Shown: positions 50,929-60,007 of the stretch, one piece after another
Layout of the letters: each line of letters begins with the position of its first letter
How positions within the stretch are numbered: position 1 is the stretch's first letter
Source: an uncultured Bifidobacteriaceae bacterium
Lineage (GTDB): Bacteria; Acidobacteriota; Vicinamibacteria; Vicinamibacterales; UBA2999
Direction of reading: 5' to 3'
Assembly (NCBI GenBank): GCA_964619705.1
Contig: CAZUGF010000011.1
Coordinates: 1 to 60,764, forward strand
Length of the DNA: 60,764 bases
Program-made: the position numbers and the translations under genes
Notes under the pieces: generated by a model
What the model was told of the DNA's origin: nothing
Database searches by the model: none
Seen by the model: the letters and a program-made list of their open reading frames with translations, nothing else

Positions 50929-52083
50929 ATGTCGCTCTCGCGACGTTCGTTCGTTCAGACGCTGGGCGTCGGCGCTGCCGGGATGTGGATCGGATCGCGC
51001 GGACGCGAAGGCTCGCTCTTCGGATCCGAGCCCCTGTTCGCCCAGGGGCCGGCGCCGTCGGTCATCCTGTCCAGCAACGAGAACCCGCTCGGCTGCCATG
51101 CGGACGTGCTCGCCGGCGTCCGCCGCTCGTTCACCGAAGCCGGCCGCTACCCGTTTGCCACCATCGCGGAGGTCTCGGACCTCGTGGCGAAGAAGCACGG
51201 CGTAAAGCGGGAGAACGTCCTGCTCGGCGCCGGCTCCACGCAGATCCTGCGCACGTCCACGCACGTCTTCACCTCGAAGACGGCGGGCCTCGTGGCGCCG
51301 ATTCCGGCGTACGAGGAGTGCGCGGACTACGCGCGCCTGATGGGCCACCCGCTGACCGGTGTCAAGCTGACGCCGGATCTCAGGATGGACATCGACGCTC
51401 TGCAGGCGGCCTCCAAGGGCGCCGGCCTCGTGTTCTTCTGCAACCCGAACAACCCCGTCGCGACGGCCGTCACCGCCGCCGACACCCGGAGCTACATCTC
51501 CACGCTGCTCAAGGGCTCGCCGGACACGACCGTGCTCGTGGACGAGGCCTACTTCGAGTACGCGACGATGCCGGGCTACGAGACGATGATCCCGCTCGCG
51601 GTGGACAACCCGCGCGTGGTCGTGGCGCGGACGTTCTCCAAGTGCTTCGGCATGGCCGGCCTCCGCGTGGGCTATGCCATCGGGCACAAGGACACCATCG
51701 CGAAGATGGCAGCCTGGGACGGCTCCGGCCAGATGAGCGTGCTCGGCCTCGAGGGCGCGCGCGCCGCGCTCGCCGTCCCCGAGCAGTGGGTCAAGGAGGA
51801 ATCGGCGCGCAACGCCGAGGCTCGCAGCTTCACCCAGAAGTGGTTCGCGGATCACGGGTACACGCCCACCGATTCGCAGACCAACTTCATGTTCGTCGAC
51901 ATCAAGCGCCCGGCCCGCGAGTTCCGCGAGGCCTGCCTGGCGCAGGGCGTGCTCGTCGCGCGGGACTTCCCGCCCTACGAGAAGACGCACTGCCGGATCT
52001 CCGTCGGCACCATGGCGGAGATGCAGAAGGCCGTCGCGGTCTTCCAGAACGTCCTCTCCCAGCCGGCCAAGGCGGCCGCCTAG
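50929..52083 (+). CDS. HisC-like class-II PLP aminotransferase with a twin-arginine signal peptide (tandem paralog)
   Basis: ATG 50929, 7 nt after AAGGAGG (the track uses an upstream GTG at 50902). MSLSRRSFVQTLGVGAAGMWIG, LSSNENPLG, FFCNPNNPVA, TFSKCFGMAGLRVGY. Confidence 0.85.
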   Translation: MSLSRRSFVQTLGVGAAGMWIGSRGREGSLFGSEPLFAQGPAPSVILSSNENPLGCHADVLAGVRRSFTEAGRYPFATIAEVSDLVAKKHGVKRENVLLGAGSTQILRTSTHVFTSKTAGLVAPIPAYEECADYARLMGHPLTGVKLTPDLRMDIDALQAASKGAGLVFFCNPNNPVATAVTAADTRSYISTLLKGSPDTTVLVDEAYFEYATMPGYETMIPLAVDNPRVVVARTFSKCFGMAGLRVGYAIGHKDTIAKMAAWDGSGQMSVLGLEGARAALAVPEQWVKEESARNAEARSFTQKWFADHGYTPTDSQTNFMFVDIKRPAREFREACLAQGVLVARDFPPYEKTHCRISVGTMAEMQKAVAVFQNVLSQPAKAAA

Positions 52084-52154
52084 CAGGGGACGTCAGCACC
52101 ACACGGCACGGCCACCGGCACACGGGAGCTGCACGCCGAACGGACAGCCACACG

Positions 52155-52208
52155 AACCGGGTTTCTGTCTCGCGCACGCGGGCACGGAAACCCGGTTTTG
52201 CTTTCTTG
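52155..52208 (+). terminator. Rho-independent terminator after the aminotransferase pair
   Basis: AACCGGGTTTC ... GAAACCCGGTT: 11-bp stem with a 21-nt loop, followed by TTTGCTTTCTT. Confidence 0.6.
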
Positions 52209-52339
52209 CGAGGAGGACGCGCCATCCCTCGACCCGGCCACCCTCATCTCCCGGGCCCGCCGCCCTGACCCGCCTCGCACGGGTCATCGGGCTCTCCCAC
52301 GCCACGGCGCTCGTCGTCGGGACGATCCTGGGCGCATCG

Positions 52340-53584
52340 GTGTTCGTCCAGGCGTCGGAGATCACCGCGCAGGTGGGGTCCGCCGCGGGGGTGCTGCTGG
52401 CGTGGCTCATCGCCGGCGTGCTCACGCTCCTCGGGGCGCTCGTGTGCGCCGAGCTCGCCTCCGCGTTCCCGCGGACGGGCGGGGTCTACGTGTTCCTCCG
52501 CGAAATCTACTCGCCCGCCCTGGGCTTCCTCTGGGGATGGGCCATGTTCTGGATCATGCACAGCGGCATCGTCGCGGCGATTGCGACGGTGTTCGCGCGC
52601 TATGCGGGGACGTTCGTGCCGATGGGGGAGACGGGGACGCGCGTGACGGCGGTCCTGGCCATCCTCGCACTCTCGGCGGTCAACTACGTCGGGACGCGGG
52701 CCGGGACGCGCGTGCAGTCGGGCATCACGCTCGCCAAGGTGGCGGCCGTCGGGTTGATCATCGGCGCGGGCTGGTGGCTCGTGCCATCCGGCCCGCCGCC
52801 GGCGGAGGCCGCGGCCGGGCTCGCGCCGGTGACGCCGGGCGGGCTGATGCTGGCCGTCTCCGCGGGCCTCTTCGCCTTCGGCGGATGGCACATGGTCACC
52901 TACACCGCCGAGGAGACCGTGGATGCGGAGCGGACGATTCCGCGCGCGCTGATGCTCGGCATCGTGGTCGTGACGCTGTGCTACATCGGGCTGAACGCGG
53001 TGTACCTGCGCGTGCTCTCGGTGCCGGAAGTGATCGCGTCATCCCGCGTGGCGGCGGACACGTTCGACCGGCTCGGGCCCGGCGGGGGCAACGTCATTGC
53101 CGGCCTCGTGATGCTGAGCGCCTTCGGCGCGCTGAACGGCATCATCCTCCTCGGGCCGCGCGTGTACTACCAGATGGCACAGGACGGCCTCCTGTTCCGC
53201 TGGGCGGGCGCCGTGCACCCGCGCTTCCAGACGCCGTCGCGGGCCATCCTGCTGCAGGCCATCTGGTCGTCCGCGCTGGTGTGGACCGGGACCTACCGGG
53301 CGCTGTTCACGCGCGTCATCTACACGGAGTGGATCTTCTTCGCGCTGCTGGGCGTCGGGATTCTGGTGCTGCGGCGCCGGTCCGGCTACAATCCGGCGTG
53401 GCCGATGCCCCTGGCTCCCGTGGCGCCGCTCCTCTTCGTCCTGGCGTCACTGGCCATCGTCGTCAACCAGCTCCGTGCGGACCCGGCGGAGAGCGCTGTC
53501 GGCCTGGCGCTCGTCCTGTCCGGCCTGCCCGTCTACTGGATCTGGGCCCGTCGATCCGCCGCGGTCCAGCGGCCGGGGCCATGA
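52340..53584 (+). CDS. APC-superfamily amino acid permease (5' end unresolved)
   Basis: About 12 TM helices. AELASAFPRTGGVYVF. Family-typical N-terminal residues (LTRLARVIGLSHATALVVGTILGAS) continue in frame upstream of the first canonical start at 52340. Confidence 0.85.
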   Translation: MFVQASEITAQVGSAAGVLLAWLIAGVLTLLGALVCAELASAFPRTGGVYVFLREIYSPALGFLWGWAMFWIMHSGIVAAIATVFARYAGTFVPMGETGTRVTAVLAILALSAVNYVGTRAGTRVQSGITLAKVAAVGLIIGAGWWLVPSGPPPAEAAAGLAPVTPGGLMLAVSAGLFAFGGWHMVTYTAEETVDAERTIPRALMLGIVVVTLCYIGLNAVYLRVLSVPEVIASSRVAADTFDRLGPGGGNVIAGLVMLSAFGALNGIILLGPRVYYQMAQDGLLFRWAGAVHPRFQTPSRAILLQAIWSSALVWTGTYRALFTRVIYTEWIFFALLGVGILVLRRRSGYNPAWPMPLAPVAPLLFVLASLAIVVNQLRADPAESAVGLALVLSGLPVYWIWARRSAAVQRPGP

Positions 53585-53663
53585 ACGGCGGCGCCGGACA
53601 CGTGCCCGTGACCGTCGCGGTGTGCGTCGTGCCTTCCCGTCATCCCATTCCCGGGGTTCCGAC

Positions 53664-54638
53664 ATGATCATCGACTTCCACAATCACTACTACCCGCCGG
53701 AGTACCTGGATGCGGTCAAGGCGGGACGCTCGCGAATTCGCATCGACTACGACGCGGAGGACAACCCGCGGCTCCACTACCCGGGCGACTACAACATCCT
53801 CGTGCCGGGCCACCGGGACCTGGACGTCCGTGAGACGGTGCTGGCCGGACACGGCGTGGACCTGCAGGTGGCGACATTCACGACGCCGGGCACGCACATG
53901 GAGGAGCCCGCGCTGGCCGTGGAACTCGCGCGCGCCGTCAACGACGCGTACGCCGCGGAGCGGCAGCGCCGCAAGGCGTTCACCTTCCTGGCCACGCTCC
54001 CGCTCAACGATCCGGCGGCGTCCGTCGCGGAGCTCGAGCGCGCCATGACGACGCTGGGCCTGCCGGGCGCCATGGTGTTCAGTAACGTGAACGGCGTGGC
54101 GCTGGCCGACGCGCGGTACGAGCCGTTGTGGCGCGCAGCCGACGAACGCCGGGCCGTCATCTACATCCATCCCGCGCACCCGCTGGGCGTGGAGGCGATG
54201 GAGCAGTACTGGCTGATGCCGCTCGTCGGCTTCCTGATGGACACGACGCTCGCCGCGGCGCACCTGGTCTTCGCCGGCGTCCCGCGCCGCTATCCGCGCA
54301 TCACGTGGGTGCTGTGCCACATGGGCGGCGCCATCCCGTATCTCGCCGAACGGCTGGATCGGGGCTACGAAGCCTTCGCGGACTGCCGGGCCCACATCGA
54401 CAGGCCGCCGAGCGACTACCTGCGGGAGTTCTACTACGACACGGTCAACTTCGACCCGAAGGCGATGGCCCTGGCGTCCGCGTTTGCGGGGACGGATCAC
54501 ATCCTGGCCGGGAGCGACTACCCGCACCAGATCGGATCCATCCCGAAGATGCTGGAGTCCATTCGCGCGCTGGACCTGCCGGAAGGGGAGCGCCGTGGCA
54601 TACTCGGCGGGAACGCGGCCAGGATTCTGAACCTGTAG
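53664..54638 (+). CDS. Amidohydrolase_2 family protein (ACMSD-like decarboxylase/hydrolase fold)
   Basis: Start MIIDFHNHYYPPEYL (ATG 53664). IYIHP, CHMGG, AGSDYPH. Confidence 0.9.
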   Translation: MIIDFHNHYYPPEYLDAVKAGRSRIRIDYDAEDNPRLHYPGDYNILVPGHRDLDVRETVLAGHGVDLQVATFTTPGTHMEEPALAVELARAVNDAYAAERQRRKAFTFLATLPLNDPAASVAELERAMTTLGLPGAMVFSNVNGVALADARYEPLWRAADERRAVIYIHPAHPLGVEAMEQYWLMPLVGFLMDTTLAAAHLVFAGVPRRYPRITWVLCHMGGAIPYLAERLDRGYEAFADCRAHIDRPPSDYLREFYYDTVNFDPKAMALASAFAGTDHILAGSDYPHQIGSIPKMLESIRALDLPEGERRGILGGNAARILNL

Positions 54639-54680
54639 TGAAGCGGGTGCGTCCACGCGGCCGCACCGGGAGGCGAGACG

Positions 54681-55070
54681 ATGACAGGAACGTGGAAGAG
54701 CGTGTGCGTGGCAGCCGCCATCTGCGCGACGACGGGCGTGGTGGATGCCCTGCAGCAGCAGGCCACGCCCAGCCGGCGGGAGCCGCAGTTCGAGAACAGC
54801 GAAGTGAAGGTGTGGAAGTCCATCATCCACCCCAATCAGCCCCTCGCCCTCCATCGGCACGATCACGGGCGTACGATCGTCACGCTCAAGGGCGGCACGC
54901 TCGACGTCGTGGACGCCAAGGGGGCCACGACGCAGAAGATGGTGTGGGAGACCGGCAAGGCCTACTGGCTCGACGCGGATCCGCCGGGAACCGAGCACGG
55001 CGACATGAACCGCGGCACCGAGACGATGGAAGTGATCGTCGTCGAGTTGAAGAACGACGTGAAGCCGTAG
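54681..55070 (+). CDS. Secreted cupin-domain protein
   Basis: GGGAGG Shine-Dalgarno, signal peptide MTGTWKSVCVAAAICATTGVVDA, cupin His motif LALHRHDHGRT...GTEHG. Confidence 0.75.
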   Translation: MTGTWKSVCVAAAICATTGVVDALQQQATPSRREPQFENSEVKVWKSIIHPNQPLALHRHDHGRTIVTLKGGTLDVVDAKGATTQKMVWETGKAYWLDADPPGTEHGDMNRGTETMEVIVVELKNDVKP

Positions 55071-55096
55071 GCGGCGCGGGGGCCGGTCTCCGCACG

Positions 55097-56327
55097 CTAC
55101 TGTGATCGGCCCCGCGCGGTGATCGGCCACACGGCCTCGACCGTCTCGCCGCGGATGCCGTAGATCTGGTCGTACAGGTTCACCACCGGATCGCAGTGCG
55201 GCACGATCATCTCGATGCGGTCGCCCATCCGGTAGCGGCGCGCGGCCTCCGTGTAGCTGATGACGCCGAACTCATCCGAGCCGGCGTTGTAGTCCATGCC
55301 CGGCTCGCCGACGACCCCGGCGCGCGGCGTGTTGAGGGTGAGCGCTTTGGCTCCGGCATCGGTGGTGAGGCGTCCGGGAAAGCGGTTGTTGAGGATGGTG
55401 GCCACGACCGTCAGCGACGGCTCGAAGTCCCGATAGACCGCGTCGCCGTCCTCGCTGCCGATGGCCAGGTACTGCATGTCCATGAAGACGTAGCTCCCGA
55501 CCTGCACGTCGGTGAAGCCCGGCGTCTGGTGCTGCACGCTGTAGGTGCCCGTCCCGCCGCCGCTGAAGATGTCGGTGCTGAGGCCCGCGCGCGCCATCCG
55601 CGCGCGCGTCTCGGCGTTGGCGGCGACACCCTCCAGTGCCCGGGCCTTGCGCGCGGCAAACCCGTTGACGTGCTGCGCACCGCCGTCGTAGGAGAGCAGG
55701 CCGCGCAGCGTCAGGTTCGGCAGCGTATCCACGAGCGTCGCGAGTTGCAGCGCCTGATCGCCCGCCGGAATCCCGCTGCGCGTCCCGACGGCGACGTCGA
55801 TGACGACATCCGCGGTCACGCCGGCCTCGGCAGCCGCGGCGGAGAGGTCCCGCGCGTTCTGCTCCTCGTCCACCGCCTGGATGAACCGGGGGTTCCGCTT
55901 CGCCAGCTGCATGGCTCGCCGGATCTTGCGCGGCGACAGGTTGGCGGTGGTCATGCAGATGGGCTCGATGCCCTCCGCGGCGAGGGCCTCGGCCTCACCC
56001 AGCTTGGCCGTGCAGATGCCGATGGCGCCGGCGGCGAGCTGCAGCCGCGCAATCGCGGCGCACTTGTGCGTCTTGGCGTGCGGACGGGCGGCAATGCCGT
56101 TGGCCGCGAGGCGCGTCTGCAGCGTCTTGATGTTCCGCTCCAGACGATCGAGGTCCACCGCGAGCGCGGGCGTATCGAGGTCCCACTTGGAGATGCCGAC
56201 GTCCGCCGTGTCGATGCGGCGCATCTCCGCGGCGGTGTAGCCCTTGACGGGCCGGGGGATCCAGATGCCGGCGGCCGCCGTGCCGGCGGTCGTGAGGAAG
56301 GCGCGGCGGGAGGACATGCGGCACATT
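55097..56327 (-). CDS. DSD1-family PLP enzyme (D-serine dehydratase / D-threonine aldolase-like, alanine-racemase N-domain fold) with Tat signal
   Basis: MCRMSSRRAFLTTAGTAAAGIWI. RPHAKTHKC (PLP Lys), C-terminal HCDPVVNLYD. The rest of track ORF 55097..57124 is a shadow of the racemase gene. Confidence 0.85.
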
Positions 56328-56379
56328 CTAGTCCCCTGGAACCACGATGGCTCACGTAATTCCCGGGCGGCGAACGGCC

Positions 56380-57606
56380 CTACTGCTCGGTCATGACGTA
56401 GCGCGTCAGCATCGGGTTGAGGTGCATCAGCAGGTCGTAGACCGATGCGCCGCAGGCGGTGGCCACGTCCTCCGGCCGCGAGCCGTCCTCCCAGTCGAAG
56501 AAGGTGGCCACGTCGCCGGCCCGCACCGCCTCCTCGGCGCCGATCTCGACGAGGGTGTGGCTGGCGGAGACGGACGCGATGACAGGGTAGTGCCGGCCGT
56601 TGATGCGGACGCGCGCGCCGCTGGCTGCGGCACGGGGCCAGCCGTCCGCATGGCCGACCGGGAGCGTGGCGATCCAGGTGTCGCGCGTGGCCATGTACGC
56701 ACGGTCGTAGCCGGCGCTCGTGCCCGCCGTCAGTTGCTTCACGTACACGACGCGCGCGCGGAGGGCGGCGGCCGGCCGGAGATCGAGGCGGCCCCCGGCG
56801 CGCGCCGCCGTGCGGAACGCCGGCGACGGATAGACCCCGTAGAGCACCATGCCGGTCCGCACCATGTCCAGCCACGCGTTGTCGTGCTGGAAGAACGTGT
56901 AGCTCGACGCAGCGTGGCGGCGTCCGAGCGCGATGCCCTCGCGGGCGAGCCCGCCGGTGAGCGCCGTGAACCGCGCCAACTGCTCCTGGTCGAACGCCAG
57001 GTCCTCCGTGAAGGTCATCATCACGCCGGCCAGGCGGACATTCCGTCGCGCCGCGAGGTCCCGGATGAGCGCCGCGGCCTGGCCGTGGGGCACACCGACG
57101 CGGCCGATGCCCGTGTCCACGCACACGTGGATGTCGAGCGGGCGCGCCAGCGATGCGGCGGCCCGTTCCAACTCCGCCCCGATGGGCGTGTAGACCATCG
57201 GCATGACGTCACGCGCCGCCATCGTCTCGAGGTCTGCCGGCGTGAACGGCCCCATCAGCAGCACGGGCTTCGTGATCCCGCGATCGCGCAGCGTGATCGC
57301 CTCGTCCAGCTTGACGACGGCGAAGCCGTCCACGTCCGGCAGTGGCTCGAGCAGCCGCGCGGCGGTGGCGACGCCGTGGCCATAGGCGTTGTTCTTGACG
57401 ACGGCGAGGATCGGCCGCGCACCCGAGGCACGGGCGACTTCGCGGACGTTGTGCGCGAGGTGGGCGGGGTGTACTTCGATCCAGGGGTCGAAGCCGTCGG
57501 TGGGTGCCTGTGCGGGCTTCGATTGCCGGGCGAGGGCAATACGGGGAGGCACGGCCGCCGCCAGCGTGCCGAGCGCGGCGGTGGACAGAAAGGCACGTCG
57601 GTTCAC
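56380..57606 (-). CDS. alr: Alanine racemase family enzyme with Tat signal peptide (periplasmic racemase-like)
   Basis: GTG start. MNRRAFLSTAALGTLAAAVPPRIALA. AVVKNNAYGHG (PLP Lys), VCVDTGIGRVG, GYDRAY, LPVGHADG. Confidence 0.9.
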   Translation of the reverse strand: MNRRAFLSTAALGTLAAAVPPRIALARQSKPAQAPTDGFDPWIEVHPAHLAHNVREVARASGARPILAVVKNNAYGHGVATAARLLEPLPDVDGFAVVKLDEAITLRDRGITKPVLLMGPFTPADLETMAARDVMPMVYTPIGAELERAAASLARPLDIHVCVDTGIGRVGVPHGQAAALIRDLAARRNVRLAGVMMTFTEDLAFDQEQLARFTALTGGLAREGIALGRRHAASSYTFFQHDNAWLDMVRTGMVLYGVYPSPAFRTAARAGGRLDLRPAAALRARVVYVKQLTAGTSAGYDRAYMATRDTWIATLPVGHADGWPRAAASGARVRINGRHYPVIASVSASHTLVEIGAEEAVRAGDVATFFDWEDGSRPEDVATACGASVYDLLMHLNPMLTRYVMTEQ

Positions 57607-57662
57607 GAGCGGAGTATAGCGCCGTGCGCGTGGGGCGGCGAAGGCCCTCCAGGCCCGCCGCG

Positions 57663-59885
57663 CTAGCGTTCGGCGTCCGCGGCGGTTGTCCGCAGCAGCA
57701 GCGCGTCACCGTTCTGCAGGGACCAGCGTGCGAGTGCGCCGCCAAAGGCCGGGTGCGTGCGCAGTGACGCGAAGGCCGGGTCGCGCCGGAGCCAGTGCTC
57801 GTTGTAGTAACAGGGCCGGCTGAACATCGTCTCCAGCGTGGCGAAGGCCGCGTCGTGCAGGCCGGCTTGCGCCTGGATCCGGGCCAGCAGGTAGAGGTAG
57901 AGCGGGCCCTGTGTGGCATCCTTGCTGACGGGCAGCAGCGCCACGGCGCGCTCGGCATGGTCGATGGCCTCCGCCGTGCGGCCCAGGCCGATTGAGACGA
58001 GTGCCAGGGCGGCAACCACCTGAAAATCGTCGGGCGTCCGCTGCAGCCTGCGATCCAGTTCAGCCCTGGCGGCCTCGTAGCTCCTGGCCGCGGCCTCGGG
58101 CCGGCCCATGCTCTGGTAGACCTGTCCGGCCAGCACCGCGGCGGGGAAGCGGAAGTTCGGCGCCATCCAGGCACCGGCCTCGTCCATCGAGTCGATCAAC
58201 TCGAGTGCGCGTTCGTGGCGGCCGTCGAACCACTCCAGCCGCGCGAGCAGGCCCTTGGCGCGGGCGTCGGCCGGCGTCCGCGACTCGAGGGCGGCCTCGA
58301 GCAGTGCCCGCGCGCCGGCAATGTCACCGGTCTCGGTGAAGAGCGTCCAGGCTTCGGGCGTCAGCACGCCGGAGCGGTTGGCCGCCCGTGCGATCCCGAT
58401 GAATCGGCGCGCCTCGGGGAACTGCCGCAGGTGCAGGTAGTGAACGGCGATGAGGTCGGCCGTCGACACCGGGTCGATCGCGAACGCCCGCTCGTAGTTG
58501 GCCCTCGACTCGCGCCAGTGCCCCTGCCGCTGGTCGAGCCAGGCGATGAGCTGCAGGATCTCGGGCGAGTTCGGCAGGCCGAGGGAGGCGATGTCCAGTT
58601 CACGGCGCGCTTCTTCGTACCTGCCGTCGGTGAACAGCATCTGCGCGAGGCCGACGTGACCGTCAGGCAGCGCGGGATCGAGCGCGATGGCCGTGTGCGC
58701 CGCGCGGTACGCGTCCTGTCTGACGGCCGGCGTCCTCTCGGTGGCCGTCCGGTACAGCGACGCGTAGGTGCGCGCCAGCCAGCTCCAGGCGAGCGCGAAT
58801 CGCGGGTCGCGGGCGACGGCCTCTTCCAGTTCCAGGCGTGCCTGTCCGAGGTTGGCCGTGTCCGACGCGCCCTGCTGGTAGGCGGACATGCCGCGAAGGT
58901 ACGCGGTATACGCGTCCACGTCCCCGGTGGGCCGCGCATCCACCAGGCGGCGCTCGCGGGCGTCGAGCACCACCTGCATGGCGCCGGTTACCTGATAGGC
59001 GAGGTCGGCCTGCACGTCGAAGAGATCGGCGAGGGGTGTCTCGTACTGCTCGCTCCACACCGTCGTGTCGTCGGCCGCCCGGATCAGGTGTGCCGAGATC
59101 CGCATGCGCGTCTGGTCCGAGGCGTGGGTCCACCGGATGGCGCCCTCGATGACATACGCGACGCCGAGCTCGGCGGCGATCTGCCGCATGCGCTTGCCGC
59201 CGCGATCGTAGGCACGGGCGGTCGTGCCCGAGAGCACGGACATCCGGTCCAGCCGCGCGAGACGGCTCGTGATCTCCTCCGTCATGCCGGCGACGAAGGA
59301 CTCGTCGGCCGGTCCGCCCAGGTTGATGAACGGGAGCACGGCGACGCGGATCGTGCCGGATGCTGCCGCATCGGCCGGTCCCTCGTTCCACAGCCGGGAC
59401 GCGGCGGTGACGGCCAGCACCACGACCGACAGGGCCGCGGCGGCGGCCCACCACGCGGTGCGCCGTGCCGGAGGGCCGGGTGTGGGTGCCACGGACGGAT
59501 CCGCGCCGCTCGGTGTGCCGCTGTCCGGCGCAGCGGGGCCGGCGTCCGGCGAAGGAGCGGTGCGCTCCACGACCGTGCCGACGAACCGGTAGCCGCGCCT
59601 GGGGACCGTCTCGATGAACGGCGCCCCTCCGCTGCCCTCGCCGAGGGTCCGGCGGAGCAGCGAGATGTTCTGGGCGAGGTTGTTCTCCTCGACGAAGGCA
59701 TTTGGCCACACGAGCCGGAGCAGTTCGTCCTTCGTGACGAGGGTGCCGTGGCGCTCGACCAGGACCACCAGCGTTTCGGTGGCCTTCGGCGTGAGCGGCA
59801 GCGGGCGTCCGTCGAGGAACAGCACCTTCTGCGCCGCGTCGAGGCGGAAGCGGCCGAACTCGTACCGGGATGGGCGGGGGACCAT
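57663..59885 (-). CDS. CadC/OmpR-type winged-helix transcriptional regulator with TM segment, TolB-like and TPR domains
   Basis: YEFGRFRLDAAQKVLFLDGRPLPLTPKATETLVVLVERHGTLVTKDELLRLVWP...ETVPRRGYRF, one TM helix (WWAAAAALSVVVLAV), and a long TPR-like C-terminus. Confidence 0.85.
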   Translation of the reverse strand: MVPRPSRYEFGRFRLDAAQKVLFLDGRPLPLTPKATETLVVLVERHGTLVTKDELLRLVWPNAFVEENNLAQNISLLRRTLGEGSGGAPFIETVPRRGYRFVGTVVERTAPSPDAGPAAPDSGTPSGADPSVAPTPGPPARRTAWWAAAAALSVVVLAVTAASRLWNEGPADAAASGTIRVAVLPFINLGGPADESFVAGMTEEITSRLARLDRMSVLSGTTARAYDRGGKRMRQIAAELGVAYVIEGAIRWTHASDQTRMRISAHLIRAADDTTVWSEQYETPLADLFDVQADLAYQVTGAMQVVLDARERRLVDARPTGDVDAYTAYLRGMSAYQQGASDTANLGQARLELEEAVARDPRFALAWSWLARTYASLYRTATERTPAVRQDAYRAAHTAIALDPALPDGHVGLAQMLFTDGRYEEARRELDIASLGLPNSPEILQLIAWLDQRQGHWRESRANYERAFAIDPVSTADLIAVHYLHLRQFPEARRFIGIARAANRSGVLTPEAWTLFTETGDIAGARALLEAALESRTPADARAKGLLARLEWFDGRHERALELIDSMDEAGAWMAPNFRFPAAVLAGQVYQSMGRPEAAARSYEAARAELDRRLQRTPDDFQVVAALALVSIGLGRTAEAIDHAERAVALLPVSKDATQGPLYLYLLARIQAQAGLHDAAFATLETMFSRPCYYNEHWLRRDPAFASLRTHPAFGGALARWSLQNGDALLLRTTAADAER

Positions 59886-59901
59886 GGCGCTGACGAGTCG
59901 A

Positions 59902-59930
59902 TTTCAGGGAATTTTCAGGATTCTCTCAGG
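59902..59930. promoter_or_regulatory. Three direct repeats at 11-bp phasing in the divergent promoter region
   Basis: TTTCAGG (59902), TTTCAGG (59913), TCTCAGG (59924). They lie 17-45 nt from the start of the winged-helix regulator gene. Confidence 0.4.
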
Positions 59931-60007
59931 TCGGGCTAACGACTTCAAGCCGCCCCGGGGCCAGCCTGCCACACATACGGAGCGCGCGCTCCGATACGGA
60001 GGATTGC

